Source: Octopus vulgaris
Lineage: Eukaryota
DNA: 64,000 bases
Direction: 5' to 3'
NCBI GenBank assembly: GCA_951406725.2
Contig: OX597815.1
Location: forward strand, 147,870,001-147,934,000
Positions 54,847-64,000 of the stretch are shown here, in pieces; position 1 is the stretch's first letter, and each line of letters opens with the position of its first letter. A program made the position numbers and the translations under genes. Under the pieces are notes generated by a model that did no database searches, had not been told where the DNA came from, and worked only from the letters and a program-made list of their open reading frames with translations.

Positions 54847-56966
54847 TTTTTCATTAGATTGGCCACAAAGGCCTTACAAAGAAAGGAAGCTGCGGGCTGG
54901 ACAAAGACATAATGAAATGAAAAGATAAACGACATAATAATAAAGAGGGCAACAGCAACGTCCTCCGATTGCTGTTTACCCGAGCACATTGTTCTTTATA
55001 ATACCATATTTGCGGCAACACAGCTCTTACACATTTCAAAGCAAAACATTAATGAGGCAATCAATCTCTTACATTAACAACACAAAGTCCACTAAGAGGT
55101 AATCATCCTCTTGCACAAGTCAATACAACTTAAGTAAAACAACAAAAATGAGGCACCAAGCCTCTTACTTTCAGCATTTACAACTCATCCTGCCCGACTA
55201 GACTTTTCGACTTGGTCAAACACTTAGTCAGTGTCAAGTCGGGCCGCTTTAATGCAATATGAAAAGTGTCCTCTGAGAAGGAGTTCATTATCCTACACAG
55301 ATCCGTTTCCCATATGACCTTTACAGCCACCTGCGAAGGCCAGAAGGGTCCTCCGTGCAGGACAGAATCCATCCCACTTCGGCCCTCCCTTTTAAACTTC
55401 TTAATGAAATTTTATATTGTCTCTCCCTTACGGAAGAGGACCACAAACTCCTCCTCCACAGCATGGGAGGGATCTACAGTTTCTAGATGCTTTGGTAGCA
55501 CAACTCTCACTGAAGTTACTTCGGGACACGCCGTCAGTGTATCACAATGTCTGTTTTTTTCTTTTTTTCTTTTCCCCATGAGCCACGGGAGGATGGTGTT
55601 CCTCCGCTCTTTTCAGCAGATCTTCCCTTCCTCCCGCAGCCTTCGGTTCCTTCGGTAGGCAACCATTGTTGCCCACCTTTCATTTTTTACCTTCTTCCGG
55701 GGAGGTTTTCACCTCCTCGATTTCCTACTTCTCTCCCTCCAGTGTGGGAGCAGTGAGCGGTATCTTTTTCAACTGCTCAAGTTTCTTTTAATGTGGGCCG
55801 GTTCTAGGCACAGTTCTTTTTAATATGGCCCGGTTCCAGGTACAGGTGACACTTGGGGTGTCGCCCCTCAAGCGTCACCGAATACCTAGACACGACCATT
55901 AAAAAAAAATCTTGAAATATCAGATTTTCGGCTGATTGCGTCCATAGGGTCAAAACAGCTTTTGACACTTTCCAATCAGCCACAGGCAAGATATTTACAT
56001 TGAAGGGCTTAGTACTACAGCCACCCACACCCCGGGCCCAATTCTGGGTGGCAGACCACAGACCCAAGCCCTCGTCAACTTCTTCCCACAATAAGTGGGA
56101 AGAAACAAAATTTCTCTGCGCTCGGGGGACTGGCTCGTGAAATTGCGAGCCTCTTCAGGGGTGTCAAAGAGCAACCACACCGTTAGATGTTTGACTCCTC
56201 GACATATATATTTAATAGTTGGCATATATTTTTCCAATTCTTTTTCTATTAAATTTTTTTCGAAGACGGCGATGTTGTCGATGGACTTGGAGTAAGTCCT
56301 CAACATCACCATCTTCTCTTCAAATTCTTCCAACCATTTATGGGTTGGTGTAATCTCCCTCTCCAGAACTCTTTCATTGTTCTTCTTTATGCTAAATTAC
56401 AGAAAAAGACATTTCACAAAATTCAAATAATTAGAGAGAAAAAGAAAGAGAAAGAAAGTTCCAACAGAGAGGAAGAAGAAAAGAAAAAATAAACAGTTCA
56501 ATAAAGGGTTCCAAAATGAAAGAAAGAAGAAGAGATCAACAGTTCAATACACAGGAAAAAATCCTTAGGCCACATGGTACTCCCGGCCTTCATTTGAAAC
56601 TGGAACACTGCTTCTCGCAGTTGTTGAAAAATTATTCAAAAATATTTCACAAAGTTATTCTTCAACAGAAACAATTTAATTGAGAACAACACTATTCTCA
56701 AAGTAAGTTTGGAAGCAGGATACACACACAATCAATAATTCTCACAATTAAGTGAGGAAAACAAAATGCTCTACGGCAGGCAGACCAAAGCTCAGAATCC
56801 TTGCTTGTACAAAAAATAAATTTCACAAACAACGAACCCCCTCTGGACCCCAAAAGCAAAACCTCTTACCTTACAGTAGAAACTCTTTCAGTAACAACTG
56901 TCGCCCGCTGCAAACTAACGTGGCGACTTCTACAGGTGAGTGAAGAAAACTGGACAACCGGAACCT
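54847..56966 (-). mobile_element. Second Tx1/L1-type LINE, internally deleted (5' UTR, ORF1, ORF2 stub, 3' UTR)
   Basis: ORF1 homolog FEKNLIEKEL..IKYICRG..TVWLLF..PEEAR..LFLPTYCGK; knuckle VTLEGRHPKCHLYLEPGHIKKNC. 3' end CTTTGTAAGGCCTTTGTGGCCAATCTAATGAAAAAAA resembles 51102-51139. Confidence 0.8.
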
Positions 56967-57002
56967 GAAGCAAACATTTTACCATACAATCACACCTGCA
57001 CC
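56967..57002 (-). mobile_element. SINE family A, 5' piece upstream of the second Tx1-like insertion
   Basis: Reverse complement GGTGCAGGTGTGATTGTATGGTAAAATGTTTGCTTC; the last 14 nt match 54833-54846 at 11/14. Confidence 0.75.
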
Positions 57003-57855
57003 TATATATCTATGAATAACGGTGTATGTTTGTTTGTTTGTGTGTGTGTTATTTTGTCTGAGGTTATGTATGTATCAATGCGTGTAAATAAGAAACACTG
57101 CTAAATGTATTTTGTCTGAAAACCAACTAATGGCAATCTAAATAATGAAAACATGCATGTGTAATGAAAGATAGCCACACGAGAGAAAATATCTGTGCGG
57201 TTCCTCTATTTTCAAATATTAATGTTTACCGTATATAACCTTATTAAAATATCAACTAACTGCATAATATAGATTATTAAATTTGATTTCGTCAGTTATG
57301 TTTCTAAGTGACTCTATTAATTGCTGGGAAACGATATATTTGTGTGATACCCAACAGGCTTTGAATCATGATTATAGCGAAGTTCTAGGCCTCAGTTTGA
57401 AAAGAGATGCATTACATCAGATTATGTGAAAGATAATGCAACTTTATATACATATATATAAAGTGAATTTGCTTCTGACGACTCCATAAAGGAGCGTATC
57501 ATTGATAGAGAAACATTTCTGTGTGTGTGTATGCACGGCTTTGTGTGCGCGTGCGCCTGTGTGCCTGTGTTCCTGTGTTTGTGTATCTGTACATATATGT
57601 GTATATGTTCGTATATATACGGTATCTATATAGATATATATACCACATATATACATGCACACCTATATCTAAATACATATATACTATCAATAATGAATAT
57701 ATAATAATAATAATATCTTGTACCCTCAATTATATTACCTTTATTACCTTTTATTACCTTTAGTGCTGGCCATTTATATTATTATTGTTATTTATATATT
57801 ATTAATGATAAGAATAATATTAATATTTATTATGTAAAATTATTATACTAACATC

Positions 57856-57894
<39 letters not shown>

Positions 57895-57898
<4 letters not shown>

Positions 57899-58932
57899 CT
57901 GACAAAGATTTTGAAGACTGATGAATAACTGATAATGAGATGGGGCAATGTCCGGCGAATATGACCGGTGGGGCAACGCTTATCATTCAAACTACTCCAG
58001 CCTTTGGAATGCCATCTTCGCTGTATGTAGGCGAGCATTATCCTGATGGAAGAACACCTTTCATTTTGAATCCAAAGATGGTCATTTTCCTTCAAGCGCT
58101 GACTTGAGCCGCTCATGCCACTCGCCGTAGGTCTCCTTTGTTATCGTTTTGTTTGGGTTTAAACGTTGAAAGTGGACTAAACATTTCCTCTCCAACCAAA
58201 TAGATAGCAATACCTTACGTGTGCACAGACCTTATTTAGCTCGGGGTGCCGGTATTTATCCTTTTCTTACCCACTGTCTTCGGCGCTTAGGAATCTAAAT
58301 CGAAGGGGACAGACACTCACACAACTACAGTTTTATATATATATAGATATACATAGCGCAGTAGTGGTGAGATATGACAGCAAAGAAGAGCACACAATTA
58401 ACCTCGGAATGTTTGTAAGGAGCCAATTGACACAATTTGCTGAATTTTCCGACGGCACGCAATTATTGATTGAATGGTTGAATGCCAAAGTCCAAGCTTC
58501 TTTTCTAGTTCCTCAACAGTTACGTTGGGATCATGATCCACCAGGGTCTGCAGGTCACCCTCGTCGAGCTCTACAGATCTTTCAGGACGAGGCTCGTCTT
58601 CTATGCTGCAGTTTCCGGCTCCGAATTTCTGGAACCCCCGTTATCACTCACTGGCTTACACGTATTGACTGATTCTCATTTCCGTTTCGTTCTTGCCTTT
58701 ATTGAACTCATAATGCAAAATATGCTGAATGTGCGCTTTGTCACTTCCAATACAGCTTTAAAAAAATAACCGTTAAAATCGAACTGCATTTTTCAAAACT
58801 TGCACTAAGAATAAGTACAAGGTAAACTTACTACCTCCTTTCGTACAACTAAATGCAGTTACTTTATTTCATCCCCCACCCAACTTTTAGTTAATGCAAT
58901 TGGGAATATTGCATTATTTATGGGATGACCGA
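57895..58932 (-). mobile_element. Decayed mariner transposon interrupted by a Helitron stub
   Basis: HYEFNKGKN, FQKFGAGNCSIEDEPRPERSVELDE, PNVTVEEL; then RRRQWVRKG..RKVLLSIW, FHQDNARLH, YSPDIAPSHYQLF. Possible TIR GGTCATCCCATAAATAATGC (58911-58930). Confidence 0.82.
58287..58347 (-). mobile_element. 5' terminal ~60 bp of the Helitron family seen at 25790-26805
   Basis: Reverse complement A|TCTATATATATATAAAACTGTAGTTGTGTGAGTGTCTGTCCCCTTCGATTTAGATTCCTAA matches 26295-26351. Confidence 0.85.
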
Positions 58933-59039
58933 TGGGTAAATTGCTGCCGTTTAATATTTTAAATTTCATGAATGCGTATTCTTTGTTTTTAATTCTGTTG
59001 ACTACACTATATAGTAGTATATGTTAGGCACCGTCTGTA

Positions 59040-59990
59040 AGAAACAACAAAAAGCACAATGACACAATCCTCTCTGCCTCAAATTTGGAAAGGACATGCT
59101 GTACTGCTTGGCATTCGCATCCGAAGAAGCAAAACGAACATGTCCGCGTATTTGGGTAGCAATCTAAGGACAGTGCAGGGGATTTAGAATGAGTTGGACA
59201 AGTCTAATGGTGATTATGAAGATACAGAAGCTCGTAAAGCCCACTCGGATCGTTCTGATAAGAAAAGAACTCCTGAATTTGCTTGTGAGATCCAAGCCAT
59301 GTGTAACAACGATTGCCTCCACGTCAATCAGGCCCATCGCCTACCACATTGGAGTGAAATGACATTCGATATTCCTCATACAGGATGAGAAAGTACCAAT
59401 TTCTATCCCAAACCATCAAGAGCAAGCGGAAACACCTCGCAACAAAACCTTTGAAAACACTCAATCCCCTCCAACTGAACATGCTTTGGTTTTTCTGCGA
59501 CGAGAAACAGTTCTGCCATGACAAGATGGTGAACATTCAGAACAACCATTGACTTGCCGTGTTCCTAAAACAGGTACCGAGAGTGATAAAAATCAAATAC
59601 CAAGTCAACATCATTGTGTTTGGAGTGATCACTATTTATGGTGATGTTATGACGCCATTCATTTTCCCATGTTGCCTCAGTCTCAACACGGAGTCCTACA
59701 TCAAGTGCTTCGAGGATGTAGTGCTGCTCTGACTCAAGTGAATGGCTGCTGGAAGACTGTATGTCTGGCAACAGGACTCTGCACCATATTACACAAGTAA
59801 GAGGGCATAGTCATGACCATCAGACAGTTTCTGCGAACAACTCAACCCTAATATCTAGCCATCTGACTCCCCGAACTGCAACTCTCTCGATAATTATGCT
59901 TAAAGCGCAGTTGAGCGAGTGTCCAGCGAAACTCATTACACCAATTATGAACTGAGGGCAAGGATTATGATGACATTCACTAACATATTA
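59040..59990 (+). mobile_element. Decayed Tc1/mariner-superfamily DD37D (maT-like) transposase
   Basis: WFFCDEKQF, then VWQQD followed by exactly 37 codons to the D of SPNCNSLD (59764-59891). N-terminal RKAHSDRSDKKRTPEF. Confidence 0.82.
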
Positions 59991-60790
59991 TCTATTTTCG
60001 CTGAGCCTTGCGACATTAAGATGAACTTAGCTCGTTATACAACGGTAGACTGAGCATACATATTTTTTACGATATTTTTTACGACATATGTTTTACGTTA
60101 TTTTTACGTTATTATTACGTTCTAATTTTTACTTTGTAACTTATGATTATTATATTTTATCATTTGTAAATTTTTTCTCCGTAGATTTCGTTATATATCT
60201 TTTTTTATGTTTTTTGCATTTTGTCATTCATTCGTATTTGTTTACGTCCACTTTTATCTATGGTTTTATTCGAATATATATTTCTTTGAACTGTTTATTT
60301 CGTTATTACTATATCACTATATTATATATTCTTTTCATTATTATATCATCACTATTATACATTATTTTCATTATTATATTATAATTTTCTTCATCCCTAC
60401 ATGTCATTAATTTATATGTATATTTATAGGCATAAGTCACGTTTGAATTTTGGTTAGTAATTTTCAATTGTATTCAATCAAATTATGGTTTGCACGGCAA
60501 GTTTCGGCGAATTTATTTGCACACACGTATATTTGTTTGTTAGTTACATACGTAACTGTTAAAATATTAAAATATAGCAATTGTTATTGAATTATAGAGA
60601 CAAATGGTCCTGATGATTGGGATTGCAGTTAAGACATGTTTCTGAAAAAGACTTGGAACGTTAAACGCACCTCATGAAACACGTGTTGAAGAGAAGTTTA
60701 GAACTGAAATAGTAAGCATTAAAATAAAATTCTATAATATGGTGCCATGTATATTAGGATTTGATGAATTGCATGGGGACTTCTATCTCT

Positions 60791-60881
<91 letters not shown>

Positions 60882-63223
60882 GTTCAACACGGCATTGGCG
60901 GATATATAATTGCTGTATTTGTGAATTAAGTGCCTTAACAATTGTTAAGACACTAGGATATTTTCCTACATTTCTTAGCATGAAGCCAATAGCAGCTTGA
61001 AGTTACAAATATATATATATAAAGCCATAAAATTTAATGTGTTTGCTGTTTTCCATTTGGAAATATTTGATATAATAATTCAGTACCTTTACTGAATTCT
61101 TGTATTTAGCATGAGATCACTACATACGATACTATATACTATCTCAAAATATTTGGAGGGTTAATTGAAAATAAATTCGGTTATTCACATACATTATATC
61201 TATTGAAATGAACAATATAAATATATAAATAATATCAATGCACATCTCCTCTATCCTTGTCTCTCTGTCTGTCTTTCTGCCTCTCTCTGTGTATGTATGT
61301 ATGTGTGTATGTATCTATCTATCTTTGTATGTGTGTGTGTGTATTCGCGTGTCTTTGCATATACAAAAACAGAGAGTGAGAAACAGAACGAGAAGGATTT
61401 TGTGTGCTTGTGAGAGAATTGTGATGAATTTTGGAACATGTGCGTCGACAGAGATGAAAGGAATCTTTCCCTTTTGCAAGGTATTCATCCGTTATCAAAC
61501 ATTTTTTTGAGCATTTTAACAGCACCAATGAGTTGTATAATTCAACATAATCTCTCTGTAGAATTTTGGAGAATATTGCCGATCAGTTTTACTGAATTAT
61601 AAATTAGTGATACGGCACATGCATCTGCAGTTTCATCAAAAAATTATCCTGTTGGTCATCATCATTTTCAATTCTATCAAAATTTATACATTTTTCTTCG
61701 TATTATATTCTTTGCTCACGATGTTCCTCAGTTAATATATAGCTAATAAAAATAATATGTCTTTGGATTAAATTCACGTATTATTGAATCCATAATTAAT
61801 TGCATTTGTTCTAAACGCCAGAGATTGAGTTTGGGATTTTGTAGAAAGGATATTAACTGCATTTTGTTCATATGTAATATTTATTTTTTCAAGGATTTCG
61901 TAATTTTTTCCAATAAAAAAAAGAAAATACAGTAAAATATTTTTAACAAATATCGTGGGTTATGTTATTATTAACGTGTTAGTTTCATTATTATCTTTAT
62001 AATTATTATCATTCACCCAAGTTACTAGCTTCATTTGCATAATCATTTTCATTATTTCATTATTATAACAATCATCACTATCATTATCATAATCAGCAGT
62101 ACAAATTATTATCGGCATTTTCATCATGGTTATTACCATATTTCAGAACATAACCTGTCATCATTTCAGTTCCCTATTGTAGCATAATTTTTTTGGTTTC
62201 AAGAACAATGTTCATAATGAAGAATATTGCGAGGACTATGCATATTATATATGCAAATTATACTATCAAATTATCTTCCATTAAATTTAGCAGCATCGCA
62301 CTATCTCTTAATGAAGCGGCTGTAATACCTATCCTACTGAGGGATGGCGCACGTGATTGTGTTTTTACATCATATCGTTATATCTTGCAGTATTGCATAA
62401 CTGTTTCAATGAATGCTTAATGGAATATAACTTCTAACTCATTTCTGCAGTAATATGTATTGTGTTTTGGTGTAGAAATGAAAGGTAGAAATGAGATATT
62501 TTAAAATTAATAAAATGATGTAAAAAAAAAAAAGCGGTAGATTGCCAAATTCAGTTGAGTATAGAACTTATTGCATTGTAGTGACAAGAAAATCTTAAGG
62601 TAACTGAACAACAGGAGGTTCTCAGACAAGAAACCTGCTCATGCAAGTGTATTAGCCCTGCTCATGCAAGTGTATTAGCCCAAAGTAAAGTGGCTTGGTC
62701 GCATAGAGCTCATTATTCCTCGGTGTCCCTTTGCTGACACTTTTTAAAAACATCTATGTATCGTCGAGCTGCGCACCTTAGTTGTTTTGGGTTGTTTTTT
62801 TTTTCCAGAATCTCACTGAAACTATTCTTTGAAATTGATTTCTCTGTTTTTCCTTTTTCGTTAAAAACGTTTTTTAAGTATATGTCCTGAAAATCTGTTT
62901 ATGCAATCAAGTGAAATATCTTTCATATTTGTTACACGTTCAATCAGTTAATTCTGTGTGAGCCTCTCTACTAACATCGCGAAGGAATATAATTCCTTGT
63001 TCTATTTCTTTCATATTTATCTTATTGCATCTCAAAGAGTCAACTTGTTTATTGTAATCTATTTTAAAAAGGCTAAAACCACTGTTTGCTACTTCAGCCG
63101 CTTATCATTTTAATGCACATGTAAAAGAGGAGTATAATTCTGAGATTATTCCCATGTAGTATTGAAATATCTCAGGTGAACAGTAAGAAGGCGCATTGAA
63201 AAGTAATTCTTATAATGCAAGGA

Positions 63224-63779
63224 ACGAGGGAGAGTGAAAAAGTAACGCCATTTTCTTTAGAACATGTGTAATTACCAACACAGGATTATGTATCATACAT
63301 CAGAATTAAGCCTATTATGGGTTTATTGTTTCTTTTTTTGGCAGGAAATCGACCAGAATGACACCATGAGCATCCCAAAAGACAGTCGCAATGATTTTCC
63401 TGCTGACTTTTGCGTCTTGAACTTTTTCGGTGTTGGTGACGTATAGTGACGCCGTTCCATTGACAGACTCATTGAATCCGGTTCATGATGATGAACCTAT
63501 ATTTCATCACTTGTTACGTGCCTTCGAAAAAAGGTGTTGTCAACTTGACTTTGAAGTGAAGAGATGGCTCAAATAACATTCAACAGAATTTTACGGGGCA
63601 GAGATACATGTGCTCATTCGAAGATGGAATATTGCTATTGATAGAAACGCTGACTATGTTGAGTAGTAGAGATGTGATCTACAGAGAACCAGCATCATTT
63701 TGATATATGATACATGTCCTGCGTTGGGAATTATACCTGTCCTACAAAAAATGGCATTACTTCTTTACTCAACTTCATA
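63224..63779 (+). mobile_element. Short mariner derivative with both TIRs and an internal inversion
   Basis: TIRs ACGAGGGAGAGTGAAAAAGTAACGCCATTT and AAATGGCATTACTTCTTTACTCAACTTCAT. Minus-strand VTSDE..HHHEP..TPKKFKTQKSAG..ATVFWDAHGVILVDFL (63335-63518); plus-strand EVKRWL..EFYGAEIHVLIRRWNIAIDRNADYVE. Confidence 0.8.
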
Positions 63780-64000
63780 TTATAAATAACAATTAAAGAA
63801 TGTTAAACTCTATGTATTTTAAAAAAATACTTTCTTCAACGGTACTGCATATATAATAATATATGCTTAAAGAAAGATGTTTTCCCGTAACAGATCAGCT
63901 ATTCATATTTGTAACTGCCAGAATGTATCGAATATGATCAGATACGCTATCACTCGACTACACGCTGTTCTGAATGCACAGTAGTCATTATTTTCTGTTT

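Noticed and set aside
62634-62679. 23-bp exact tandem duplication
   Set aside because: Two units with no spacer; an ordinary slippage duplication, not CRISPR-like.

Overview
AT-rich, microsatellite-saturated animal DNA (intergenic or intronic). Its composition and SINE families suggest a cephalopod such as Octopus, which is my inference. I could not support any host protein-coding exon, and most track ORFs are translations of (TA)n/(TG)n/(CAT)n repeats. The window is a dense stack of transposable elements: mariner and DD37D (maT) relics, CR1/L2-group, RTE, Dong/R4 and Tx1/L1 LINEs, Penelope-like elements (PLEs), non-autonomous Helitrons and tRNA-derived SINEs. Two things stand out. (1) Two distinct Tx1/L1-type retrotransposons (45663-51137 + and 54847-56966 -) each sit at essentially the same position in the tRNA-like head of the same SINE family, each with a 14-16 bp target-site duplication, and uninterrupted SINE copies are nearby. 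This is a candidate SINE-targeting retrotransposon lineage. (2) Six type I hammerhead ribozyme motifs occur in non-coding PLE/retrozyme-like elements. These include a 499-bp retrozyme-style unit and a 3.5-kb palindrome with a ribozyme near each end. Coordinates were read by eye, and boundaries of decayed elements are approximate.
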